The notes below the pieces were generated by a model, which was not told where the DNA came from, ran no database searches, and worked only from the letters and a program-made list of their open reading frames with translations. A program made the position numbers and the translations under genes. From Eledone cirrhosa (lineage: Eukaryota): DNA of 64,000 nucleotides. The stretch lies in the NCBI GenBank assembly GCA_964016885.1, contig OZ024742.1, positions 130,262,001 to 130,326,000 on the forward strand, written 5' to 3'. Of this stretch, positions 28,301-37,875 are shown one piece after another; position 1 is the first letter of the stretch; the number at the start of each line of letters is the position of its first letter.

Positions 28301-29233
28301 TTTAAGGAAATTTTAAACCTGCAATAACCCATTGTTTGAAATTCTCTTAATCTGCGAAGCTTTTGTAATGGTTATTTTCAACATTTAATAATTGTTTTAA
28401 GTCTTAACCATCATTTACAATGTAGGCGCATTTAGTATTTTGATAAAAAATGTAATAAATTTACCGCACAAAATTATTAGATGTAGAACTCAAAAACAGG
28501 GAAACTGCACGTTAAAATAATTACTGCTATAAATCTACAAATAAATTACCAGTGAATTCTGTTTACTATAAACAAAGTAAAACACAATATCTAAGTATAT
28601 AGAGGGCTAATTGTTGCCTATTTAATGACCTACTACAATTTTCCCGCCAGCTATATTGGTTTTACTTGACTAAACTTAGTTATGTATGTATAAAAGAAAA
28701 GTTGAAAACAAATACCCCCTCACCCCAACAAAGATTATATCCCACTGACAACTTAACTCTGTAGAGAAAGCTACGAATTTTGACACAGCGAAATTTCAAT
28801 CCGCTTTTCCATTGTCCCATTATTTTCGAATGCTTGTTCCCGCCAGCATTCATTTACCCTACTTAGTGGACACAGCTGATAGCAACAATAGTAGTTAGTG
28901 TATAATTGCTGGCCTTGTGCCTAAAGTAGAAACAATTATATATAAGCACACACACATACATATATGAACTGGTGGAGTCGTAATGTCATACAGCGCTTAT
29001 TGGGCATTTAAACGTAGCGGAGGAGCCAATCCCCTCTACAGGTCTGAACACAGCCTATTTCTTTCAGGGAGGGAGAGAAAGAAAGTGAAAACGAGATATA
29101 GAAAAAAACTACCCTAGTATTGGACTGGTACTTTTTTTTAACGATCTCGAAATCATTAAAGGCAAAGTTGACATTGGCGGAACGAATACCACAAACCATT
29201 CTATCCGACGTCAAAACGACTGCCACTTCGCCT

Positions 29234-29303
<70 letters not shown>

Positions 29304-30506
29304 ATGTGTTGATCCCGGGTTCAATCGGGGTTAACCACAGTAAGTAAGGTACTCAATACATAGAGCATAAATATCTAATATAGAAATGTCTTTTTTTCAA
29401 GACTAGCCCTGTTTTATTCCAAGGAAATCATCAGGAAAGGGCTTTCCTGGTGATTTCCTTCGAATGAAACAGTTCTAGTCCTGTAAAAGCCATTTCTATA
29501 TATATAAACAACAATTGGTAATCAAATATTTTAGCTGAAAACCAACTCAAGATATACAATGTTAAAAGAAAGACATGATTCAATGAGTCCAATCTCTATA
29601 AGCGGAACAAATGGTTATTGCCATCCTCGTTTCCTATGCACCGATTCTGTCAAACAAAAAACTAAATAATAATTCGATTAGCCAGTGCGTACTGCGAGAC
29701 AAAGTGACTTAATAAAATTTAATAAAAATTCGTTAGATTTTCTTTCAATCACATCTTATAAAAATTAGGTGGGAAGTGGATTTCTCTTTTTTTTTTTTTA
29801 CATTGTATAAGAGTTCCGCGATAAAATGTTTGGGAATCATTGCGTTAGGTTTTAGCGGTGTAAAATTACACTTTCAAGTGTATGTGTGCTTCAACGCGAG
29901 TAGCTAAATTATTTTCATACATGAAGAGGGTGTGAGAAAATAAAAGGTAATGCAACATATTGGAGCTAAATAATGATAAAAGTAAAAACATCGCTAGATC
30001 GGTTCGTCTGATTCCCGCGATCACTAGACACGAACATATACAGTATAAAATAGACAAGATAAAAAAAATAATACCAGCATTCATTCCTTATATTATATGG
30101 GAAAAACAATTCAGGTATTTAGTACTTATAACGATTGTCTCTTTCATCTAATTATAACTGCCTTCTCATTTTGGATGCTACAACCGACTATTTAGTATTT
30201 GGTGGAATCATATATAAAAATAGAAGTCAGTTTTAGCTAAATAGATTTTGCTAGAAAGAAATGTTACGCGTGATTTCTGCAATATAAAATATTAACAAAA
30301 AAAGTTTATTACCGGTCGAATGAAATCCATATTAAGATTATAACACAACTTCTTGATCCGCGACGTGATTTTGTCAAAATGGATATCTTCTTTGCGCCCA
30401 TCTTAAGAGAAAAGAATTGTTTTAATTGAAATCAAAATTCACATTATAGTTAAGTTTTTCGAAAGTAAAATATAAAAAAACAAAAGATGTTTTCTAACGT
30501 TTCCTT

Positions 30507-30537
<31 letters not shown>

Positions 30538-30841
30538 GCTTTAACAAAAGCACCTTTTCTTTACACAAGAATTGTAAGAGTCGCCTAAGAGTAACATATT
30601 TTCTTTTATAATTATTATCTCATAAACAATTATACTGAATAAAAAAAAAATCGTTAATTCTGGCGGTGCCTACAACAGTCAATTGAATGAAATAGAATTA
30701 AGATCTGTATTTAAAGGCATAATCATGTAATCTATATAAAATACAATTAATTATATACATGTATATGTGTTTACATACAAGTGTAAGCTTGTTTAAATAA
30801 TACTAACCTCTTTTGACAACATATAATTGAGGAGAATTCAT
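4183..30841 (-). CDS. RRM1: Ribonucleoside-diphosphate reductase large subunit (class Ia RNR alpha), complete 19-exon gene, 791 aa
   Basis: Manually spliced: complement(join 30808-30841,30313-30401,26360-26537,25637-25737,24451-24510,23439-23478,22731-22807,21987-22072,20990-21131,19251-19334,17884-18125,15282-15483,12450-12599,11497-11718,10012-10088,8077-8212,6655-6750,5242-5427,4183-4356) = 2376 nt, in frame, all GT-AG. Contains the ATP cone ([14 protein letters not shown]), SSCFL, SNLCTEI, AVCNL, GMYYLR and C-terminal CxxC (CMMC). Confidence 0.97.
4650..4834. mobile_element. piggyBac-type MITE copy 1
   Basis: TTAA|CCCTTTAGCATT ... ATTAAAGGG|TTAA; TTAA TSD. Confidence 0.85.
5242..5427 (-). 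CDS. RRM1: RRM1 exon 18
   Basis: tag|[21 protein letters not shown]...IDQSQSMNL...SMHFYAWKM|gtaag. Confidence 0.96.
6181..6536 (-). mobile_element. Two tandem SINE family A copies
   Basis: Reverse complement of the family A core occurs twice. Confidence 0.7.
6655..6750 (-). CDS. RRM1: RRM1 exon 17
   Basis: tag|[32 protein letters not shown]|gtaag. Confidence 0.96.
7188..7380 (-). mobile_element. SINE family A copy, full length
   Basis: aataattgtttctac...ctgccaatccaccgccc, complete unit. Confidence 0.8.
8077..8212 (-). CDS. RRM1: RRM1 exon 16
   Basis: cag|[45 protein letters not shown]|gtaat. Confidence 0.96.
8845..9590 (+). mobile_element. 5'-truncated CR1/L2-group LINE 3' end
   Basis: DLRWTKHI...[35 protein letters not shown] motif, FFTLRV; (ATT)n tail. 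Confidence 0.85.
10012..10088 (-). CDS. RRM1: RRM1 exon 15
   Basis: tag|[26 protein letters not shown]|gtaag. Confidence 0.95.
11497..11718 (-). CDS. RRM1: RRM1 exon 14
   Basis: tag|[22 protein letters not shown]...YDGSPVSKG|gtaag. Confidence 0.96.
12450..12599 (-). CDS. RRM1: RRM1 exon 13
   Basis: cag|[15 protein letters not shown]...[15 protein letters not shown]|gtaag. Confidence 0.96.
13068..13403 (-). mobile_element. Two adjacent SINE family A copies
   Basis: Family A core twice, head to tail. Confidence 0.7.
14027..15046 (-). mobile_element. piggyBac internally deleted transposon with N-terminal transposase (PGBD4-like) relic
   Basis: TTAA|CCCTTTAG ... CTAAAGGG|TTAA. Acidic N-terminus (SSDTDFEGF), F.QNTGP, LDYFFLF, and [24 protein letters not shown] in frameshifted minus ORFs at 14250-14920. 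Confidence 0.88.
15282..15483 (-). CDS. RRM1: RRM1 exon 12 (thiyl-radical Cys motif SNLCTE)
   Basis: cag|YEKAGK...[42 protein letters not shown]|gtgag. Confidence 0.97.
16286..16662. mobile_element. hAT (Charlie/Buster-like) MITE containing a nested SINE A (about 16377-16563, +)
   Basis: TIRs CAGGCATGTCAAAC / GTTTGACATGCCCG; 8-bp TSD GGTTAGAC/GGTTAGAT; the SINE is flanked by an ATTATAATTAACAT duplication. Confidence 0.85.
16766..16978. mobile_element. piggyBac-type MITE copy 2
   Basis: TTAA|CCTTTTCGCATTT ... AAATGCTAAAAGG|TTAA; body homologous to copy 1. Confidence 0.82.
17884..18125 (-). CDS. RRM1: RRM1 exon 11
   Basis: tag|[20 protein letters not shown]...[21 protein letters not shown]|gtaaa. 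Confidence 0.96.
18498..18795 (-). mobile_element. SINE family A, one full and one partial copy
   Basis: Family A core twice. Confidence 0.75.
19251..19334 (-). CDS. RRM1: RRM1 exon 10
   Basis: tag|[28 protein letters not shown]|gtatg. Confidence 0.96.
20990..21131 (-). CDS. RRM1: RRM1 exon 9
   Basis: cag|[32 protein letters not shown]...GSYIAG|gtatg. Confidence 0.96.
21987..22072 (-). CDS. RRM1: RRM1 exon 8
   Basis: cag|[28 protein letters not shown]|gtaag. Confidence 0.96.
22731..22807 (-). CDS. RRM1: RRM1 exon 7
   Basis: tag|[26 protein letters not shown]|gtatg. Confidence 0.95.
23439..23478 (-). CDS. RRM1: RRM1 exon 6
   Basis: cag|[13 protein letters not shown]|gtatt. Confidence 0.95.
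23842..24039. mobile_element. piggyBac-type MITE copy 3 (opposite orientation)
   Basis: TTAA|CTCTTTAGCATTT ... AAATGCTAAAGGG|TTAA. Confidence 0.85.
24451..24510 (-). CDS. RRM1: RRM1 exon 5
   Basis: cag|[20 protein letters not shown]|gtatt. Confidence 0.95.
25160..25585 (-). mobile_element. RTE-type LINE 3' fragment
   Basis: [30 protein letters not shown] motifs in broken minus frames. Confidence 0.7.
25637..25737 (-). CDS. RRM1: RRM1 exon 4
   Basis: tag|[34 protein letters not shown]|gtaag. Confidence 0.96.
26360..26537 (-). CDS. RRM1: RRM1 exon 3
   Basis: cag|[29 protein letters not shown]...HKETKKVFS|gtgag. Confidence 0.96.
26670..26960 (-). mobile_element. RTE/BovB-like LINE 3' end
   Basis: Minus strand reads KRFKDQL and a C-terminal [13 protein letters not shown]-like zinc knuckle. 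Confidence 0.55.
27295..27437 (-). mobile_element. tRNA-derived SINE family B (CORE-like TCCTTGAGCAAGACACT); related copies near 20090-20287, 21670-21878, 57893-58000 and 61292-61440
   Basis: Minus strand GGCGCATGGCTTAGTGGTTAG (A box) ... GAGTTCAATTCCC (B box), then the CORE-like segment. Confidence 0.72.
30313..30401 (-). CDS. RRM1: RRM1 exon 2
   Basis: aag|[30 protein letters not shown]|gtaat. Confidence 0.95.
30808..30841 (-). CDS. RRM1: RRM1 coding exon 1
   Basis: [11 protein letters not shown](G)|gttag; phase matches exon 2. Confidence 0.88.
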
Positions 30842-30900
30842 CTTGACTACTAGAAATCTGACAAATAACAACCGCTCAACACTTATTACCAACTGAACAA

Positions 30901-31085
30901 GCGCCAAATTGAAACGGCGGGTAAAAAATAAACTAATCACGAGACCAGATCGTAGCAATCTTATTGGGCAATAGTTGTCAATCATGAATAAATACCAAAG
31001 CATTTTTTATACAACAACATAACGAATCAGCTAATTAACCACTTTTGTTAAAATAAATACCAAGAACTGGGGCTAGTTTCATTGG
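30901..31085 (-). promoter_or_regulatory. RRM1 proximal promoter/5' region with E2F sites and CCAAT boxes
   Basis: TTTGGCGC (30901-30908, minus) and TTTACCCGCC (30916-30925, minus) lie 60-85 nt upstream of the ATG; CCAAT at 30963-30967 and 31081-31085 (minus). RRM1 is a known E2F target in animals. Confidence 0.6.
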
Positions 31086-31649
31086 TCTTAAAAAATATTT
31101 CAAAAATGGGCTTGTGCCCATGACTTAACAACTCTTCCAATTTGTCACATAGAAGATATACTACTTTATTTAAATTTGTTTTTATTGAAAATCATAAACA
31201 AAATTCAAGGAGCATTATTGTGAGAAACACGAGCTGAACAAAGATATAGTGGTAGACATTGTAGGTTATAGTTGTTGTTTTTATCAGATCTAGGTTGAGA
31301 TGTATGAAGTGTGAAATATTAAAATTAAGGTAGCTAGACTTTGTAAATCTAGTGTTGGTGTGATACATTCATATGGATGCACACACTGATATATCAAAAT
31401 ATACAATCCTCTCTTAATATATATGTATATATAGAAATATGTGTGTGTGTATATATATGTGTGTGTATGTATGTATATATGTGTGTATGTATGTATATAT
31501 GTATGTCTATATATATATCATCAACATCATCATTACCATTTAATGTCAATTTTTCCACCTGGCCAGGGTTGACCATAGTGAGGGCTGTAAATTTGGCTGG
31601 GTATTTTACAGCTGGATGCCCTTCCTAAGACGAACCACGTTTATAGTGT

Positions 31650-32880
31650 GGGACAGGATGACTCCATTATGAGGAGGGACAGACCAGTTGGCTGCGCTGA
31701 ACCTGTCTCACAATGGAACCATGTTTTCAGAGCCCAACCCATCACACAGTGGAACCATAGTTTTGGAGCCCAGTATTGGATGGTACCAATACGAGGAGCT
31801 TGACCCATCTCACAGCACAGCCATAGTTTTGGGGCCCAGTAATGGATGACACCACTATGAGGAGGGACAGGTGCAGAACCACAGTTTGGGAACCTGGCGT
31901 TGGATGGCACCAGTATGCAAAGGGACCAGTAATACCACTATGAGAGACAGGCCAGTTGGCCGTGCCAAACCCTTCTCACAGCGCCACCCCAGTTTCAAGC
32001 CAGGCACTCTCCATGTGACGGACACTTCTCAATATGAAACCAGACTCTGGCAGTCTGGGACTAGATGGCACCGCTATGAAGAGGGACTGGCCAGTTGGCC
32101 ATGCTAAACCCCTCTCACAGCGGCACACTAGTTTTGGAGCCAGGCCCTCTCCATATGATGGACACTTCTCAATATGAAACTAGATAACCACATGTGACGC
32201 CACCACGTGATCAACCCTTCTTCTTATGAAACCATCTTGGGTGGGGTGGAGATGGCATTGGATGGCACCATTATGCGAAGAGGCCAGTTGGAACCCAGTA
32301 CTGGATGGCACCAATACAAGGAGCCTAACCCATCTCACAGCATAGTCATAGCTTCATGGCCCAGTATTGGATAGCACCACCATGAGGAGGGACAGTCCTG
32401 CTGGGCGTGCCAAACCCACCATGCAGCGTAACCATAGTTGAGGGACCCGATACTGGATGACGTTGCTATGAAGAAGGATAGGTGTGGGACCGCAGTATGG
32501 GAGCTGGGCTCACAGCAGGAACACAGCTTTTGTTTGTTTTTTTTAGCCCGGCACTGGATTGCACCACTAAGGGAAGGGACAGGCCTATTTGGCCACGCCA
32601 AACCCCTCCCACAGCGGCACCCCAGTTTCAGTGCCTGGTAGTCTCCACACAATGAACCTTTCTCAGTACAAAACCACCTCTTATGTGTGTGGAGGGGGGG
32701 GGGGGGCTTTGTATGGAACCACTATGCAAAAAAGTCAGTTGGCACCCAATAATGGATGACACTGAAACAAGTAGCCTAACCCATCTCACTTGGAGCCCAG
32801 CACTGGATGACACCACTATGGAAAGGGAGAGACCAATTTCTCTGTGCCGAACCCTTCCTACAGTGGCATCCCTGGGTTTT
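31650..32880. repeat. Degenerate GC-richer minisatellite, 55-160 bp units
   Basis: Recurring GATGGCACCACTATGAGGAGGGACAGGCCAGTTGG, ACCCATCTCACAGC and TTTTGGAGCCCAGTATTG modules, at least 10 times. Confidence 0.8.
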
Positions 32881-34002
32881 GGCAGGTATATTAAAAAGTC
32901 TGAACAAAAGATCTATTCACAGTCCCGAAATAACCTCTCGATTAGGTTTTCAAACAAACAATTAAACAATCAATTAATTAATCAACTAATTATAAAGACT
33001 AGGAGAAAATAATAATAATAATAATAATAATGAGTATAAACTAAGTTGCAGCTGCAAGTAGCAGATTCACATCTGATTGAATTTCGAGACTGTCACAAAG
33101 CACTCAATGATGGAGTAATTTAGAAATTGCTCCTCAGAGTGAACACAATAAGTTGGGTAATAGTGACACAATGATTAATGTGACTAGAGGCATGTTGCCA
33201 CATTAATACAGCAACAATGGAAAATACAGACAGGTTAAAGACGAACCTTGACCTGATCGATAGATATCAATCGATAAATATCTTTGATAGGTTTCTGGGA
33301 ATCCGTAAGTTCCACTCCAAGTTGTGTAACATATGTACGAGTCTGTAATGTATCCCAAGATGGAACGGGGATTTCCCTCCGTCAACAGGTATTTTGTTCC
33401 GAGTATCCGCTTTCATCAGGTGGATTCCCAGTAGGTATCGAGAGGTAGCCGCAGTTAAAAAAGTACTCAATATGTTAGTAGAGTATGCATGCATGATCCC
33501 GTAAATCATAAGGGAGTCATGGGGGTTCTTATTGTCATACGCTGTCACTAGGGCATTTTTTTAAAACCTGGTGAAGCCCATTTTTTCTCCAAGTCTGATT
33601 ACAGTAGATTTCTTTCAGAGAATCAAAGAGAATGAGAGAATGAAAGTGGGAAAGAGATATAGAGGAAGAATCGACCTCAGTACTAGACTGGTTCTTTTTT
33701 TATTGACCTCAAATGGATGAAAGGCAAAGTTGATCTCGGTGAGATTTGAACTCAGAGAGCAGTGAGCGGGAATGAATACCGCAAATCATTCTATCTGACA
33801 TTCTAATGACTCTGCCAATTTGCTGGCTTTAGTAGTGTATTGGTATGTTTATTTTACATAGAAATAACTTCTACAGGAATGGAACTGTTTCGTTCATATG
33901 AAAATTAAAGAAGAAATAGAAAGATAGAAGAGAGTGAACAGGGGCAGAAACGAAAAAAGTTGGTCTGTTCATTTTGTCACCCCTTGGAAAACTGTATATA
34001 TA

Positions 34003-34637
34003 TGTATCATCATCATCATTATTTTATGTCCACTTTTCGCCGCTTGCAAGGGTGAGACAGGTCCTATTCAGCACAGCATCTCTCCACTTGTCACGGTCCT
34101 TCATCATCTCCACCATGAGCTTCAATGATCTGAGGTCAGCTCTCACTACCTCCGCCCATGTTTTTCGTGGTCTACCTGTACCACGTCTTCCTTCAACTGG
34201 CATTTCCTAGCACTTCTTCACCCATCAGTCATCTTCCATGCGCATCACAGTTCCATACCTTCGCAGTCTCCTCTCTCACACACTACAATCTATCTCTCTC
34301 AGACAGTTTCTCTCTCAATAAATCCATGCTCGGTCATTCACGCACATTGACATTGCATATCCAACGGAGCATGTTTGCTTCATTTCTCTCCAGCTGTCAC
34401 ATATCCTCTGCAGTTGCTGCTCATGTCTCACTACCATGCAGCATCGAGTTCCTCACACAGGCATCATATAACCGGCCTTTCGTACAGAGGGAGAAACCTT
34501 TCTTCATCAGCGGAGGAAGCAGCTCCCTAAACTTCTTCCAACCCATCCTTATTCTAGATACTATGGCCTCGGAACACCCCACTCCCATGCTAATCTGATC
34601 TCCTAGGTACCGGAAGCTATCAACCACTTCTATAGCA
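34003..34637 (-). mobile_element. 5'-truncated RTE LINE, inverted relative to 35950-37745
   Basis: VDSFRYLGD...[29 protein letters not shown]; (GAT)n tail. Confidence 0.88.
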
Positions 34638-34639
34638 TG

Positions 34640-34821
34640 TATATATATATATATTATAAATGTAAGCTATCGCCGTATTTTGACTAAAGAAATTATTTAG
34701 CCTGATAGTGGGGTTAAGAACCCTCGGAGAAATGGAAAAAGATGAGTATTGTGATAATTCGGGACACTAAGTACACCTGCATCATTCCGGACACATTTAT
34801 CTCCAACACATTTATCATACA

Positions 34822-34881
<60 letters not shown>

Positions 34882-35487
34882 TGGATGAATACTTCAACAG
34901 GCACTAAGTACTTGTAGAAATATGCAAGGTGTTTATGTCGGTAACAGCAATAGAACAGGTGATTATTTAAATCGTTTTTTAATTTATTTAGAGAATTGTT
35001 TGATAACCGCTTGCTCCGCTCTTTTTATATTGTTCTGGTATCTCAAATTAGTACCATCGAACCATAACTATTATAAACACCTTGCATATTTCTACAAGTA
35101 CTTAGTGCCTGTTGAAGTATTCATCCACTTTTATAATTTTTCTCCTTATGTAGAGAACAAAACGTTGAATAATGCTACTAATTTTAGTGGCAGTATCAAC
35201 ACGTTTATAATAAACAGCTATTATCTGTGACCTGATTTTGCGTGTGTGTCATTTTAACGGCTTGACCGCATGCGTTGGGCAGGAAGCGAAATATTTACTT
35301 GCTGTAAGGCTGGCAACCTTATAGTATGGAAATAAGCTGTCTGAAGATCCATTTCTTTCCATTGGAAATTCTCTGGATTTCCAATTTTTGGAATGGTGAA
35401 ACCGTCGGTAACAGCAATAGAACAGGTGATTATTTAAATCGTTTTTTAATTTATTTAGAGAATTGTTTGATAACCGCTTGCTCCGCT

Positions 35488-35563
<76 letters not shown>

Positions 35564-35814
35564 AGAATATTTTTGAGACAGCGAACGGGTTTCAAATTAT
35601 TATAAACGTAAGCTATCGCCGTATTTTGACTAAAGAAATTAAAGAAATTAAAGATGAGTATTGACATACGTCAATACTCATCTTTTTCCATTTCTCCGAG
35701 GGTTCTTAACCCCATTATCTGGCTAAATAATTTCTTTAATTTCTTTAGTCAAAATACGGCGATAGCTTACATTTATAATAATTTGAAACCCGCTCGCTGT
35801 TTCGAAAATATTCT

Positions 35815-35887
<73 letters not shown>

Positions 35888-35951
35888 ATAAATGTGTTGG
35901 AAATAAATGTGTCCGGAATGATGCCGGTGTACTTAGTGTCACGAATTATCA
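34640..35951. repeat. Nested inverted-repeat cassette in (TA)n, probably Penelope-like pLTR fragments
   Basis: Inverted pairs 34751-34826/35876-35951, 34876-34936/35072-35133 and 35560-35665/35670-35818; direct repeat 34937-35024/35404-35490. Confidence 0.75.
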
Positions 35952-37745
35952 AAAAAAGGAGGCCTGGAAATGTCATTATGAGAGACTGATGAATGTGGAG
36001 AACGAATAGGAGAGAGAGAAATTACCCTCAGTAGATCCGACAGAGGGACCAGCTATTGAGATTGACAAATATAGAGTTCAAGAGGCGATTAAGGAAATGA
36101 AAAATGGTAAGGCTGCTGGACCATCGGGGATAGTTGCTGAGATGCTGAAGGCATCAGGGACGTAGGCACTAAACTGGTTGCACACATCATCAATCTGGCT
36201 ATATATGGTGGTGTCATACCCAAAGACTGGTGCAACAGTATTCTCATAAATTGTTACAAAGGTAAAGGGGATGCTCTGGAGAGGAGCAATTATAGGGGTA
36301 TAAAACTGATAGATCAGGTTATGAAAGTGGCAGAAAGGATATTAGCACAACTAATTAGAGAAAGGGTCAAAGTAGATGAGATGCAGTTTGGTTTTGTGCC
36401 TGGGAAGAGTACAACAGATGCCCTCTTCTTGGTGAGACAATTACAAGAGAGGTTCTTAGAGAAAAATAAGCCACTATACTTAGCCTTTGTTGACCTAGAG
36501 AAGGCCTTTGATAGGGTTTCCCGATCTGTCATCTGGTGGTCCCTAAGGAAACTAGGTGTTGAGGAATGGCTTGTGAGGACAGTGCAAACTTTGTACAGAG
36601 GTACAGTCGGGGTAGGAATGGAGTTTAGTGAAGAATTCCAGATACAAGTAGGAGTACATCAAGATTCGGTTCTCAGCACGCTCTTGTTCATTATAGTCCT
36701 CCAAGCCATAACAGAGGAGTTTAAGACTGGCTGTCCATGGGAACTTCTCTATGCTGACGATCTGGTTCTTATAGCAGAATCAGTAGAGGAGCTAGAGAAT
36801 AAATTCTGGCTATGGAAACAGCAGTTGGAAGCAAGAGGACTGAGAGTGAACCTAGCTAAGACAAAAGTGTTGATGAGTAGAAAAGAGGACAAAACTCTGA
36901 TTCCGTCATGGAAATGGCCATGTTCGATATGCAGAAAAGGAACTGGCATAAATTCTATAAAATGCACACAATGCAGATCCTGGGAACACAAGAGATGTAG
37001 CGGGATAGCAGGCAAACTAACAGGTAGGGAGAAATACGTATGCAGTAGATGTACAGGGAAATTCGACAGTAGAAGTCGCATTGACAGACAATTTTTCAAA
37101 TGCAGGCGGGTGCTATAGAAGTGGTGGATAGCTTCCGGTATCTAAGAGATCAGATTAGCATGGGAGGGGGTCCGAGGCCATAGTATCTAGAATAAAGACG
37201 GGTTGGAAAAAGTTTAGGGAGCTGCTTCCTCTGCTCACGAAGAAGGGTTTCTCCCTGTGTACGAAAGGCCGGTTATATGATGCCTGTGTGAGGAGCGCGA
37301 TGCTGCATGGTAGTGAGACATGGGCAGCAACTGCAGAGGATATGCGACGGCTGGAGAGAAATGAGGCAAGCATGCTCCGTTGGATGTGCAGTGTCAATGT
37401 GCGTGAACGACTCCGCATGAATGTGTTGAGAGAGAAACTGTGTCTGAGAGGGATAGAATGTAGTGTGCGAGAGAGGAGACTGAGGTGGTATGGACATGTG
37501 ATGCGCATGGAGGATGACTGATGGGTGAAGAAGTGCCAGGAAATGCCAGTTGAAGGAAGACGTGGTAGAGGTAGACCACGAAAAACATGGGCGAAGGTGG
37601 TGAGAACAGATCTCAGATCGCTGAAGCTCACGGTGGAGATGACGAAGGACCATGACAAGTGGAGAGATGCTGTGCTGAATAAGACCCGTCCCACCCTTGT
37701 AAGCAGGGAAGAGCGGACATAAAATGACGATGATGATGATGATGT
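35950..37745 (+). mobile_element. RTE-clade LINE, 5'-truncated, RT domain largely intact
   Basis: QFGFVPGKSTTDA, AFVDLEKAFDRV, LLYADDLVL, Cys-rich [36 protein letters not shown]; (GAT)n tail. Confidence 0.93.
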
Positions 37746-37792
37746 ATGTATGTATGTATGTATGTATGTATGTATGTATGTATGTATGTATG

Positions 37793-37869
<77 letters not shown>

Positions 37870-37875
<6 letters not shown>

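Noticed and set aside
36870-37060. Host PHD-finger gene
   Set aside because: The Cys-rich segment is an in-frame part of the RTE ORF and recurs in the other RTE copy at 1260-1390
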